DNA of 64,000 bases from an uncultured Nitrospiraceae bacterium (GTDB taxonomy: Bacteria > Nitrospirota > 9FT-COMBO-42-15 > HDB-SIOI813): the NCBI GenBank assembly GCA_964611625.1, contig CAZTAM010000003.1, forward strand, positions 311,960 to 375,959, given 5' to 3'. Within the stretch, counting starts at the first letter, position 1, and every line of letters begins with the position of its first letter. The notes under the pieces are model-generated. The model was given only the letters and a program-made list of their open reading frames with translations, did not search any database and was not told the origin of the DNA. Positions 28,115-38,817 of this stretch are shown one piece after another. Position numbers and translations under genes: made by a program.

Positions 28115-31100
28115 CTAATATTGTATACTCTTTCCATAGCGAATGAAAATAAGTTTAAACCCGGCTATTTCAGAACCCATGCACTTCCGTACGGCATTCA
28201 TGTAGATATCAACCGATACAGAATATTCTTTAAACTTAGACTCTATATCTCCTTCACTGACCCTGTCTGTCTTGTAGTCCGCTGCATATAACTTGTCTTT
28301 AGACCTGTATATGATGTCAATTACTCCTTCCATTACCGCCCCATTCCACGGCATCGCAAAAGGGACCTCTTTTCCCAATATCTCTGCCGTCTTTAACTCT
28401 TCGTAGGCAGGTGAAGCAGAGAATGTCTCAAACAAGTCCTCAAGCTCAGACAGGAGGGAATTATCAGGCATGAACTTGCGGCATGCGTCTTTTACTGCAT
28501 TCTTTAACATGGCTGAATTAAGAGAGAAATCCCAGTTAGAAAGAATATAATGTGCAATATTTCCTATGAGAACAGACTTATCTCCAGCTTTAAGCCTATC
28601 ATCTGCATATTTCCGCTTTTTACCCGATTTCTCAACAAGTTGCTTTTCTACCGATGAAGGTGTTACGAAAAAAGGCATATCCAGTATAGCCCTGTATTCT
28701 TTATCTCTTTTTTCCCAAACACCTGAGAGCATTTCAATCTTCTCCGGTGAGATCCTGTCATCACTCATCCTTACCTCTCTTGCAGGAGGTGCTGGAATTG
28801 TGCATGCGTTATACCCAATCACAGTCTGCTTTAATATCCCCTTCTCGATCCTGATTTCGTCTGCTGATCGTTCTCCTACTGAGTTTCCTAATGCACCTTT
28901 CAGCATTGAAAGAAAACTGTCCTTATACGTTCTTTTTCCGAGTACTCCTGACAATATAAGACATTCCTTAGCCCTTGTCATGGCTACATACAATAGCCTC
29001 TTTAGCTCCTCTTTTTCAACAAGACGTTCCTTATCATGCAGCATGACAGAAGTAAAATCAGATATACCGGCTACTCTGATTCCAGACATACCGCCGGACC
29101 AGTCATAGCTCACAGCCGCAGGATCACTTCCCCTGTTTGGGATACTGTGAATTCCTCCCACTATAACAACCGGAAACTCAAGACCTTTGGACCTGTGAAT
29201 GCTTAATATTCGCACCGCATCAACACCCTCTTCCGAAAGAAGACTCTCCCCCTCTTTCTCCCTGGAGGCGACTCGCTTCTCCAGCAGCACTGTTAAACCC
29301 TTAAGTGTAAGACTGGATTTATCACTCATTATATTTGCAATCCTGTATATCTTCTGAAGGTTGGCCACAGACTGCTCACCGTGATATGAAGAGGCCGCAA
29401 GTTCGAGGACAGGTGAATTGTCAAATATATAATGAAGGGCGTCAGGAACAGGCAATATAGAAACATTGATGTTAAGACGCTTCAAAAGATCATATAATGC
29501 CGGGATAAGTCTCTTAAACTCATCCATGCGTTGTTCTCCAAATACTGAATTGTCTAATTTTTCCAGCCCCTTATTCAGCCTGTCTTCCTCAATACGGAAA
29601 TCATCCAGAGACAACCTGTATAATTCATAAAGCTCCCTGTCAGATATTCCACCCAGCGGAGACCGCAGGACACCAGCCATGGCTGTCCTGTCGAGTGGAT
29701 TGTCAAGGACACGAAGAAGATTCACAAAGTCTATGACCTCCTGAGTACCGTAAAAGTGCCGGTCACCTTCAACTATATAAGGTATCCTCAGTCGTTTAAA
29801 TACATCCAGATACTCATGCACCTGGGTCAATTTCGGCAGCAATATGGCAATGTGCCCCGGAGAAACAGGCATCTCACCGCCGTCTGAACCTGATGATATA
29901 ATCTCTTTTCCTATCATCTCCTCTTTTAAGAATTTCCCGATTGCCTGGGCTTCAAGTTCTGCAGTCCCGGTTGAATCACTATCTTCATCATTGCCTGAAT
30001 CAACCAGCCTCATTTCAACCCTCTGAAGCGGTTTTACAGCCTCACGTCCGGGACACTCTTTGATGTCAACATATTCAGGCTGAATATAATCACGCTCCCG
30101 TATAATCTTCCTGCAAACGCAATTGACCACATTAATTATTCCGTTATGGCTTCTGAAATTGGTAGACAGATTTGAGATAACTCCTCCCTGCGACACTATC
30201 ATATCAACCACCCTGTGATATGCCTCAATATCCGCTCCCCGGAATGCATAAATAGACTGCTTTGGATCTCCGACAATGAATATCTTGCCAGGCGCGAGTT
30301 TTATTTCACGCCAGTCTTGCTCAAACCTGTCCTGTTCCTCTGCCAGATACAGGATAATTTCATACTGGAGCGGATCAGTATCCTGAAACTCATCAATCAG
30401 GATTGACTTAAAGCTATTCTTTAGGTTATTGCGTATACTCCTTCGTTTATTAAGGATATTACAGCTGAAGGAAAGCAGCCCGTCAAATGACATTTTTCCT
30501 GATAAAACAAAACTTTTTCTGCACGAGACTGCAAAAGGCAGAATAAGTTTCGATAGTTTTCTTATAAACTTTTCATCTGCGACAGATAGTTCCTGTGTCG
30601 TATAAACAATACGAAAGGCCTCATTATAATCATGCTCTTTCCAATCAGCAGGATATCTTGCCGGAACGTTATCTTCAAAGGGAGTGACATCAGCACCCGA
30701 AATTACGTTATCCAGCAGACCGATTGATTTCCTTAGTAGATCGTGCATCTTGACCTTCCTGAAGTCCTCGTACGTACTCAATATATCACAGGCCTTTTTC
30801 TTCTCTTCCGAAAGCCACTCGTGCATCTTGCCGACAGGCTGCTGAAACATTCTTCCACTCGAAAGAACCGTCTCCCGATGGTCTTCCTTGTCATTCTGAA
30901 CCTGATTCAGGATCTCCTGACCAGACCCCGTTTTATTCTCTATGGATGCAAGCGGAATTGTCTCCCTGCACAGGTATTTCGCCAGTACTTTCACGCTATC
31001 AACGGATACTCTGCGAAGGACGTCTTTCCATTCCTCCCTGCACCTGGAATCAGATGATAATTCCTTATCAAGCCACTCCTCCCATTCATCCTCAAAATGA

Positions 31101-31624
31101 CTTTCAAAACCCGAGCCGTCATCCTCTTCAAAGTCAGGGTCGATTCCGGCTTCAAGGGGATAAAGCCGGAGTATGTGGCCTGCAAAGCTATGGATAGTTC
31201 CTATCTGGGCCTGCTCTATGTTATTGACCGCTTCTTCAGCCCTCCGGGCTATCACCTCCATGCTGAGATTGTATCTCTGAATCAAATCATCGAGTAATCG
31301 TGCCTCATAATTTTTATTCTCATCCGAAATAGCCCGTTCAACTCCCTCATTTAACCGACGGGTAATAAGATTTTCATACATGTTAATAAAATATTGCAGC
31401 CTGTTCCTCAGGCGTATTTTCATCTCATTTGCAGCCTTTTTTGTAAATGTTATTGCAATAATATCTGTAATCTTCAGCGGGTCTGTCTCCCGCATGAGGA
31501 GATGTGTAATCCGGTCTACAAGGAGAGTGGTCTTGCCTGTACCGGCACCTGCGGTAACTACAATATTCTTATCGAAAGTAGTAACTGCAAGCAATCGGTC
31601 TTTGTCGTCAGGAAGTTCTGTCAT
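28115..31624 (-). CDS. addA: AddA-like helicase-nuclease (UvrD-type helicase plus PD-(D/E)XK nuclease)
   Basis: Walker A GAGTGKT at N-terminus, UvrD-like helicase motifs, C-terminal IDYKTD nuclease motif. Confidence 0.8.
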   Translation of the reverse strand: MTELPDDKDRLLAVTTFDKNIVVTAGAGTGKTTLLVDRITHLLMRETDPLKITDIIAITFTKKAANEMKIRLRNRLQYFINMYENLITRRLNEGVERAISDENKNYEARLLDDLIQRYNLSMEVIARRAEEAVNNIEQAQIGTIHSFAGHILRLYPLEAGIDPDFEEDDGSGFESHFEDEWEEWLDKELSSDSRCREEWKDVLRRVSVDSVKVLAKYLCRETIPLASIENKTGSGQEILNQVQNDKEDHRETVLSSGRMFQQPVGKMHEWLSEEKKKACDILSTYEDFRKVKMHDLLRKSIGLLDNVISGADVTPFEDNVPARYPADWKEHDYNEAFRIVYTTQELSVADEKFIRKLSKLILPFAVSCRKSFVLSGKMSFDGLLSFSCNILNKRRSIRNNLKNSFKSILIDEFQDTDPLQYEIILYLAEEQDRFEQDWREIKLAPGKIFIVGDPKQSIYAFRGADIEAYHRVVDMIVSQGGVISNLSTNFRSHNGIINVVNCVCRKIIRERDYIQPEYVDIKECPGREAVKPLQRVEMRLVDSGNDEDSDSTGTAELEAQAIGKFLKEEMIGKEIISSGSDGGEMPVSPGHIAILLPKLTQVHEYLDVFKRLRIPYIVEGDRHFYGTQEVIDFVNLLRVLDNPLDRTAMAGVLRSPLGGISDRELYELYRLSLDDFRIEEDRLNKGLEKLDNSVFGEQRMDEFKRLIPALYDLLKRLNINVSILPVPDALHYIFDNSPVLELAASSYHGEQSVANLQKIYRIANIMSDKSSLTLKGLTVLLEKRVASREKEGESLLSEEGVDAVRILSIHRSKGLEFPVVIVGGIHSIPNRGSDPAAVSYDWSGGMSGIRVAGISDFTSVMLHDKERLVEKEELKRLLYVAMTRAKECLILSGVLGKRTYKDSFLSMLKGALGNSVGERSADEIRIEKGILKQTVIGYNACTIPAPPAREVRMSDDRISPEKIEMLSGVWEKRDKEYRAILDMPFFVTPSSVEKQLVEKSGKKRKYADDRLKAGDKSVLIGNIAHYILSNWDFSLNSAMLKNAVKDACRKFMPDNSLLSELEDLFETFSASPAYEELKTAEILGKEVPFAMPWNGAVMEGVIDIIYRSKDKLYAADYKTDRVSEGDIESKFKEYSVSVDIYMNAVRKCMGSEIAGFKLIFIRYGKSIQY

Positions 31625-31642
31625 TTATGTATATCTCAGCTT

Positions 31643-34600
31643 CTATAAGTCTGTCTTCTTTTTTCTAAGCTCCCTGTAATCCCTGACAATCCGGTCATCC
31701 TTATTTGCGCGTGATCTTGAGGGGAAATGATTTTTCCTGCATATCTCCGAATAGTCGCACGTATTACAATAATTGCCAGGCATAATAAAGAAAAGGCCAT
31801 TTCTTATGCCGTCCAGGAGCAGTTTAATCGCATTAACAATATGTTTTCTGGAGTTTGACGTCCAGCAGTCACCGGGAAATGCCCTGAATCTTTCTTCAAC
31901 CGGGACATCAGTCCAGTTTGGCGCTAAATAACTAAACTTAACGTCATCGCACACAGGATTGCACATCCCCTCCTTATCCCTCAGATACTCAGCCATCATT
32001 AAAGTATAAATCGGGGGCTGAAGTTTTTGTCCGCGTATCGCAGCAACGCACAGATCTTTCTCACTGGATGGAATCGAACTTCCGGATTTATACTTGTAGT
32101 CTATTATCCTGAAATGAACCCGGTCTTCATGAATGTCCACCCTGTCAATAATCCCATGAACAGGTATGTCATCCTTGTAATCACTAAGCAGAGACGCGCT
32201 CAAACAGCCATAGACTGATGCTTCAAATATACAGGGACTATATCCGGATACAGACAACTCTTTAAGATCCATTTCTACAAAATCCCTGATCAGGGTCAGC
32301 AGCTTTTCCTGCGTTATCTCCCATAGCACCGCATATCCAACAGGGTTGTCACGTTCAAATTCAGTAAATACAGAATCTGCAGTATCTTTAAGATAGACAC
32401 TGATATCAGTGTCTGCCCCCCTGTTGTATCGAGAATAAAACCTCTTCAATATCATATGACAGATATTTCCTGCATCAACAGGTTGAATTCCATTAATGGT
32501 TTCAGGTCTTACTATTGTTTTCAAACCAAGCAAATAACGTGCAAAATATGAAAAAGGACATAGAGCAAATGCCTCCAGCGATGTCGGTGATATACCCCGA
32601 CTTGCAATATCATTCCAATATCTCTCCACAAACCCAGTCAGTCCGTCGAATTCAGTCAGCCCTGATGTCATTTTATCGTGTTTCATTATGGTTTCTCTCC
32701 CGTTATGATACAATGCCGGATTAAAGCACATCTTGGACAATACAGGAGAAGCATCAATACCTTCAATAATAAGCCTTGTGGATAGTTCATGAGGGGGGAG
32801 AAAATAATAATCATAAAATTCTGTTAAGGAATACTTATCGCTTAATCTTCTGGGAATATTCCATTCTTTAAACGGCTCAGGCGGGCTTACTTCAGATATG
32901 TACCAGGAAGGTATCCTTGTTTCACCAGAGTCACCTGTTCTCTGATACGTAATATATAATCTCTCACTTGCTGAATTGGCAAGCAGATAAAACAGCAACT
33001 TTTCCTCATCAAAACCGCTAAGCTTCGCATCTATCTTGTATCCCAGGATACTCTCCATCACCTTCCTTGCCGTATCCATCAGTAATGGATCCTCCCTGAT
33101 ATTTCTCGGAAAGACCTTTTCATTCATACCGGTCACGAACAATACTTTGAAGGGAACTGCGCGTGCAGACATGGCATCAAGCACCTGCACTCCGGACACT
33201 GCTTTTCCGAAGACTTTAAATTGCATTTCATTTAAGCTGCGTATAAATGTCTTAATAAAATCCGGCAGGCTAACCTCAGGATATATCTTCTCAAGTTTCC
33301 TGAGAGATTCCAAAGACTCCAATACAGATTCTGACTGATGTTCTGCCGGTAAATCATCCGGCTCAATATATTTACTTATTATAACGGCAAATCTGTCTAT
33401 ATAGTTACTCCATGAATTGACTGGCGGAAGAGATGAAAAATCACTGTTAAGAGATGTAACAAAGGCCTTCAGGCCGGATATCTCTGCATTGCTTACTATA
33501 TTTACCCTTTCGTTATCGTCTTCGTGAGAAGCATTTATGACAAACCCCTCCCTGATATATTTATCAAGCCTTTCCCATTCTTTCATTCCCTTTGATATTC
33601 CGGCCATGCGTGTGAACAGATCCAGGCTATCCGGCCGAAGCTCTGTTCCCGCAGGATAAAACTCCTTTAACCGGTTCTGACAACAGTGTGATGAAATAAG
33701 GTCAATGATATCAGAACGCCTGTAGTCATTCTCATGCATAGACATAAGTATCTGAACCGCCTTTATGACAGGATACCTGTCAGCACTCTCACTCCCGGTA
33801 GATACGAAAGGGATATTGTGTGCAGTAAACACCCTCTTAATAATGTGGATATAGTCATTGAGATCTCGTGCAGCAACACCGATACCTGAGAAGGAATATC
33901 CATCCACCTCCACTAATCTCAGTATTGTCTTGGCCACAACAGATATCTCATCCTCCGTTCCAGAGGCACTGATTACTGCAGTCCACGCTTTAACAGGGAA
34001 CAGGACACTGCTGTCCTCTCTGCCTGCAAGCCGGATAACCCTTGAATCATCAGTGATCAATCCCTGAATGAATGAATCGTAGAATCGTCCGGCAAACATT
34101 GCAGCCTTAACACCTTCTGTATAAGGGAAGAACATGGTGACAGGGCACTGCTTGACAACAGCCCTGAGCAAATCGTACTGTACCTGAGTAAGGTCATAAA
34201 AACCATAATAAATAACCTTGCTGATTTTTTTCAGATATGCAGATGACGGTACTGCCTCAGACGCAATATCAGGAAGATCTGAATAATCTATAATATCCCT
34301 GTCTCTTTTAATCTGAAGGAATTCTTTGTATATAACGAGCAGCGCTAATATCTTTTCACAATCTTCCTGATCAAACAATCCATCCCGGATGCCTTCTATT
34401 ACATTATCAGGATCCACCCGGGCCTCCCGCAGCTCCCGTATCGTTCTCCAGATTGCCCTGCAGCCTTCCGGGCTCCCGGCAAAGCTGCTGAACAGATTAT
34501 TCTCTGCAGCATCAGTCACAAGAATGTGCCGTATCACTTCTGTAAAGAAGAAGTCGTCACAGATCATATGACTCGTTAAGGCATATTTCTCTTCGTAAAG

Positions 34601-34816
34601 TTTCAGGGATAATGCGTGAAAGGTAAGAAAGTGTACACCTATGAGACACATCCTGTGCTCTGCCGCCAGGAGGGTTTTGATGCGCGTCCGGATATGCTCT
34701 GACGGTGCTACCACTGCAATTTCCGCAAGCTCGTCTTTTTTCCTTATCTCAATTACATGCTGTACGAGTGCTTCTTCCAGATCAGGATGAAAATTACCAA
34801 GGTAAACATTTAACAT
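31643..34816 (-). CDS. addB: AddB-like nuclease subunit with Fe-S cluster
   Basis: 1057 aa; C-terminal RecB-like nuclease (IIDYKYKSG) flanked by Cys residues (CxxC...C); 19-nt gap to addA. Confidence 0.7.
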   Translation of the reverse strand: MLNVYLGNFHPDLEEALVQHVIEIRKKDELAEIAVVAPSEHIRTRIKTLLAAEHRMCLIGVHFLTFHALSLKLYEEKYALTSHMICDDFFFTEVIRHILVTDAAENNLFSSFAGSPEGCRAIWRTIRELREARVDPDNVIEGIRDGLFDQEDCEKILALLVIYKEFLQIKRDRDIIDYSDLPDIASEAVPSSAYLKKISKVIYYGFYDLTQVQYDLLRAVVKQCPVTMFFPYTEGVKAAMFAGRFYDSFIQGLITDDSRVIRLAGREDSSVLFPVKAWTAVISASGTEDEISVVAKTILRLVEVDGYSFSGIGVAARDLNDYIHIIKRVFTAHNIPFVSTGSESADRYPVIKAVQILMSMHENDYRRSDIIDLISSHCCQNRLKEFYPAGTELRPDSLDLFTRMAGISKGMKEWERLDKYIREGFVINASHEDDNERVNIVSNAEISGLKAFVTSLNSDFSSLPPVNSWSNYIDRFAVIISKYIEPDDLPAEHQSESVLESLESLRKLEKIYPEVSLPDFIKTFIRSLNEMQFKVFGKAVSGVQVLDAMSARAVPFKVLFVTGMNEKVFPRNIREDPLLMDTARKVMESILGYKIDAKLSGFDEEKLLFYLLANSASERLYITYQRTGDSGETRIPSWYISEVSPPEPFKEWNIPRRLSDKYSLTEFYDYYFLPPHELSTRLIIEGIDASPVLSKMCFNPALYHNGRETIMKHDKMTSGLTEFDGLTGFVERYWNDIASRGISPTSLEAFALCPFSYFARYLLGLKTIVRPETINGIQPVDAGNICHMILKRFYSRYNRGADTDISVYLKDTADSVFTEFERDNPVGYAVLWEITQEKLLTLIRDFVEMDLKELSVSGYSPCIFEASVYGCLSASLLSDYKDDIPVHGIIDRVDIHEDRVHFRIIDYKYKSGSSIPSSEKDLCVAAIRGQKLQPPIYTLMMAEYLRDKEGMCNPVCDDVKFSYLAPNWTDVPVEERFRAFPGDCWTSNSRKHIVNAIKLLLDGIRNGLFFIMPGNYCNTCDYSEICRKNHFPSRSRANKDDRIVRDYRELRKKKTDL

Positions 34817-34898
34817 GGCGTTATATTGATAAACAGGGACAGCGGCAATATATTCACAGATAAATAGGCGCTGTCCCTGTTTAAATTCCTGTTTAAAT

Positions 34899-35486
34899 TC
34901 AGCAGCGCAGTTTTTTTGTTACTTCAATCAGCCTGTTTGTCATAAACCTTGAAACAACAAGGTCTGTTTCGTTAGGCTCACCTGATGACAATGCACCATA
35001 GTACGAACCTGCCTTATACAGCTCTTTGACATTTCCAGGGATTCCTACAATTATCATACCATGGGCAAGAAATGTGGGATACATGGAAAGCAGTGTTGCC
35101 TCCTGTCCGCCATGTATCATCTCTGCAGAAGAAAATGCCGAGACAGTTTTTCCTATTAATGACCCTTCCATCCACAGTTTTCCGGTCTGATCCCAGAAAT
35201 TCCTCATAGGAGCAGCCATGTTGCCAAATCGTGTTGGTGAACCAACAATGAGGCCATCCATCCATATCAGGTCATCTACTACTGCATCGGGAATATCTGA
35301 CATCTGTTCGTACATAGCCTTCCATTCAGTGCTATTTTCAATAACTTCTGCAGGAGCAAGTTCTGCAGCTTTTCTAAGTCGCAATTCAACTCCTGATGCC
35401 GCAACATCCTTTGCAATAGAGCGGGCCATCTTGAGCATATGTCCTGTCTTGCTGTAAAACAGTACTAATATTCTTGCAGCAGCCAT
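34899..35486 (-). CDS. wrbA: NAD(P)H:quinone oxidoreductase, flavodoxin-like (WrbA family)
   Basis: ILVLFYSKTGH flavodoxin N-terminus; internal ATG at 35486 with SD GGGAGGTG preferred over track start 35591. Confidence 0.75.
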   Translation of the reverse strand: MAAARILVLFYSKTGHMLKMARSIAKDVAASGVELRLRKAAELAPAEVIENSTEWKAMYEQMSDIPDAVVDDLIWMDGLIVGSPTRFGNMAAPMRNFWDQTGKLWMEGSLIGKTVSAFSSAEMIHGGQEATLLSMYPTFLAHGMIIVGIPGNVKELYKAGSYYGALSSGEPNETDLVVSRFMTNRLIEVTKKLRC

Positions 35487-35676
35487 AACGCACCTCCCTG
35501 AGTAAGTTGAATTTATATCCTGATTTAAGGTTAACACACTGAATGTTATCCTACAAGTTGATATTAAAAAAACAGATGACCCACTTGACAAAGTGTGATC
35601 AAGTCATTATTCTAATATTAAGTCTTGTTTCGATATTATGCAACTAATGAAGTAATCCCTTTTCTGGAGAATTATT

Positions 35677-37959
35677 ATGGCATCAAAGCTTACTGAGTTT
35701 TCAGTAGAAAGACCTAAGACTACTGTCATTACAGTTATAATATTGACGCTTATATTTCTATTACAATTTCCAAAGATCTCGATTGATACTGACCCTAAGA
35801 ACATGCTGCCGGAGACATCTCCTGTCCGTGTATATAACGATCAGATTGAATCTCTCTTTTCACTTCACAAAGACATGATAGTCCTCGGAATAGAAAATCC
35901 ACAGGGCCTGTTCAACCGGGCAACGCTTGAACGTGTAGCTCGTTTTACGGACGAGATTATGAGGCTTAAAGGTGTTGTCATACCTGATATTATGAGTCTT
36001 ACGACCGTTGATAATATCCTGTCTGAAAATGGACAATTGACAGTACGCCCTGTCATGGATCATATCCCTCAATCCAGGGAAGAGTTGGAAAAACTTCAGA
36101 ACGAGATATTTGACAATCCCATACTGATTGGAAGGCTTGTCTCGCAAGACAGGACAACTACTGCCATTTATGTACCTCTCGAAGAGGGGGCGAATGCGAA
36201 GGTGATTGCCGACGGTATAAGGGAAATAGTCAGCAAAGAAAAAGGAGATGAGCGCTATTATGTCGCGGGTGATCCAGTTGCAAGGGACACGTTTGGCAGC
36301 ACAATGTTCCTTCAGATGAGGATATTCTCGCCAATCGCAGGAATTATCATGATGATTACCCTTTTTATAATGTTCCGCAACATCACACTTGTCGCGGCCA
36401 TGATGTCTGTAGCATTTCTAAGCATCATATGGAGTATGGGACTTTTAATAGGATTGGGCTTTCCTGTGCACATCATGAGTTCCATGATACCTGTATTTCT
36501 AATGGCAATTGCAACTGACAGTGTACATATATTCAATGAATTTTATTTCAGGCTGAAGGAGGTACGTAATAAAAAGCAGGCAATCCTTGAGACGCTTACA
36601 GTTGTTGGCCCTGCAGTCAGATATACTGCTTTAGCAACCGCAGCAGGTTTCGGCGTGCTTGTGTTCATGCATATTATACCGGTAAAGGTATTCGGTGTAT
36701 TTGTGGCATTCGGGACTATAGTAATAAGATTAATGAGCTTCAGCTTCATACCGGCATTAATGATGCTGACCAGTGATAAGAAATTGCTGCGCATGGCTGA
36801 TCGCGAAGATGCAGAGTCAGGCAGCGGAAATGCATGGCTCAGAAAGCTCGGGGATACCGGTTACCACAAATCCGGCATTGTTATCATTGTCGGTGTTGTT
36901 ATGCTTGCTTTGGCAATAGTCGGATTGACCCAGATACGTGTAAACAACAACATGGTCTCATGGTTCAAGAAAAGCAGTGACATAAGACAGGCAGACACGG
37001 CAATGAATGGAAAGCTTGCAGGTACTGCCTCTGCGTACATAGTTGCCGAGTCTCCTGATATTGATGCCATGAAAGATTATCATAATCTCAAGGCAATTGA
37101 GGAACTGCAAAAAGAGCTGGGTAAACTTCCTGTTGTTGGCAAGACGACATCCATTGCAGATATAGTCAAGAGGGTAAACAAGGTGCTGCACGGAAATGAT
37201 CCTGAATATGACACTATTCCGCAGTCATCTGAAGAGATTGCACAATATCTGTTTCTGTTCGGCATGTCGGCAAAACCGCGTGATCTTGAGAACGTAGTAA
37301 CTGCAGACTATGATAAGGCGAATATTTTGCTTCAGCTAAAGACGTGGGACGCAATTGCCATGCGGGAAGTACTGAAGAAAATCGGGGAATTTCAGTCATC
37401 TAATCCGGGTGTCAGCCTGCAGTTTAAACCCGCCGGAATATCATATTTTAATATGGTATGGAATGATGAGGTCCTGTTTGATATGATTAAGGGATTCATC
37501 CTGGCGCTGATCGTAGTATTTATTATATTAGTGATTAATTTCAGATCAGTAAAGTGGGGGCTTATAAGCTTCGTTCCCCTGCTCTTTACTATTTTAATCA
37601 TTTATGGGTTTGTCGGCTTTATTGGCAAGGACTTTGATATGCCTATTTCAGTGCTGTCCGCCATGTCGCTCGGTATGGCTGTCGATTTTGCAATTCACTT
37701 CATCAGGCGGTTTCAGCAGAAGTATGCAGAAGAGAGGGATCAGGAGAAGGCGATAATATGGACTGCTGCACGGCCTGGCAAGGGGATAATCAGAAATGCC
37801 ATCCTCTTTGCCTCTGCTTTTTCAGTAATGATATTTGCCCCTCTGACCCCGTATGTAACAGTTGGAATCTTTATCGCAGGGATGATGGTGATAAGTTCCA
37901 TTTTGACGCTTCTCTTTCTGCCGGCAATTATCCGGGTTGCGGGCAGGCGGGTGGTGTGA
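35677..37959 (+). CDS. MMPL/RND-superfamily exporter
   Basis: 760 aa, two repeats of 6 TM helices each with a periplasmic loop; SD GGAGA. Confidence 0.7.
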   Translation: MASKLTEFSVERPKTTVITVIILTLIFLLQFPKISIDTDPKNMLPETSPVRVYNDQIESLFSLHKDMIVLGIENPQGLFNRATLERVARFTDEIMRLKGVVIPDIMSLTTVDNILSENGQLTVRPVMDHIPQSREELEKLQNEIFDNPILIGRLVSQDRTTTAIYVPLEEGANAKVIADGIREIVSKEKGDERYYVAGDPVARDTFGSTMFLQMRIFSPIAGIIMMITLFIMFRNITLVAAMMSVAFLSIIWSMGLLIGLGFPVHIMSSMIPVFLMAIATDSVHIFNEFYFRLKEVRNKKQAILETLTVVGPAVRYTALATAAGFGVLVFMHIIPVKVFGVFVAFGTIVIRLMSFSFIPALMMLTSDKKLLRMADREDAESGSGNAWLRKLGDTGYHKSGIVIIVGVVMLALAIVGLTQIRVNNNMVSWFKKSSDIRQADTAMNGKLAGTASAYIVAESPDIDAMKDYHNLKAIEELQKELGKLPVVGKTTSIADIVKRVNKVLHGNDPEYDTIPQSSEEIAQYLFLFGMSAKPRDLENVVTADYDKANILLQLKTWDAIAMREVLKKIGEFQSSNPGVSLQFKPAGISYFNMVWNDEVLFDMIKGFILALIVVFIILVINFRSVKWGLISFVPLLFTILIIYGFVGFIGKDFDMPISVLSAMSLGMAVDFAIHFIRRFQQKYAEERDQEKAIIWTAARPGKGIIRNAILFASAFSVMIFAPLTPYVTVGIFIAGMMVISSILTLLFLPAIIRVAGRRVV

Positions 37960-38017
37960 GGCTGGTGATAGCCAGTGGTAAATAGTCCGGGGGCAGACTA
38001 TAGAAAAGGGGGATGTT

Positions 38018-38812
38018 ATGAAGATATGTATAAAATTACTTATACTGTTTTTTCTGGCTGTCAGCATTAATCCGTCGTTAGTTCATGCAGAAGATGCATC
38101 TGATATTGTCAGCAAATCTCAGGATGCCTTTTTCTCTCAGGGCAGGGATATGAAGGCAAGGGTAAAAATGACCCTGTTGTCCAAATCAGGTCAGCAGAGA
38201 TTGAGAGAACTTACAATGCTGCGCAGGAACGGCACCGGGGGCGAGCAGAAATACTTCATGTATTTTCACAACCCGGGTGATGTTCGCGGCACATCATTCA
38301 TGGTCTATAAGTATCCTGGAAAAGATGACGACAGGTGGATATTCATTCCGTCCATAAAACTCGTTAACCGTATCGCGGCCAAAGACAGCAGATCAAGCTT
38401 TGTCGGATCAGACTTTACATATGAGGATGTGTCAGGACGGGATATCGAAGCTGACAGTCACAAATACCTCAGAGAAGAACCGCTTCAGGGAAAACAGTGT
38501 CATGTCATTGAGAGTACCCCGAAGAACCCTGCTGAATATACCAGAAAGATATCATGGGTTGACAAGGCAACGTATCTGCCGCTTAAAGATGAGTATTATG
38601 ATGTCCAGGGATCACTCTATAAGGTATTTACAGCAGATAAGGTTGATATCGTCGAAGGACTACCCACAATAACAAAAAGGAGCATGGCCAATATAAAGAA
38701 CGGCCATAAGACAGAAGTAGTATTCGATAATGTCTCTTACAATGTCGGTATTACTGATGATGTTTTCTCAGAGAGGTATCTGAGGAAACCATCAGATAAG
38801 TGGATAAAATAG
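38018..38812 (+). CDS. LolA-like outer-membrane lipoprotein-sorting family protein
   Basis: Signal peptide then a ~240-aa beta-rich domain; resembles the family commonly adjacent to MMPL exporters; SD AAAGGGGGA. Confidence 0.55.
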   Translation: MKICIKLLILFFLAVSINPSLVHAEDASDIVSKSQDAFFSQGRDMKARVKMTLLSKSGQQRLRELTMLRRNGTGGEQKYFMYFHNPGDVRGTSFMVYKYPGKDDDRWIFIPSIKLVNRIAAKDSRSSFVGSDFTYEDVSGRDIEADSHKYLREEPLQGKQCHVIESTPKNPAEYTRKISWVDKATYLPLKDEYYDVQGSLYKVFTADKVDIVEGLPTITKRSMANIKNGHKTEVVFDNVSYNVGITDDVFSERYLRKPSDKWIK

Positions 38813-38817
38813 GCCGA

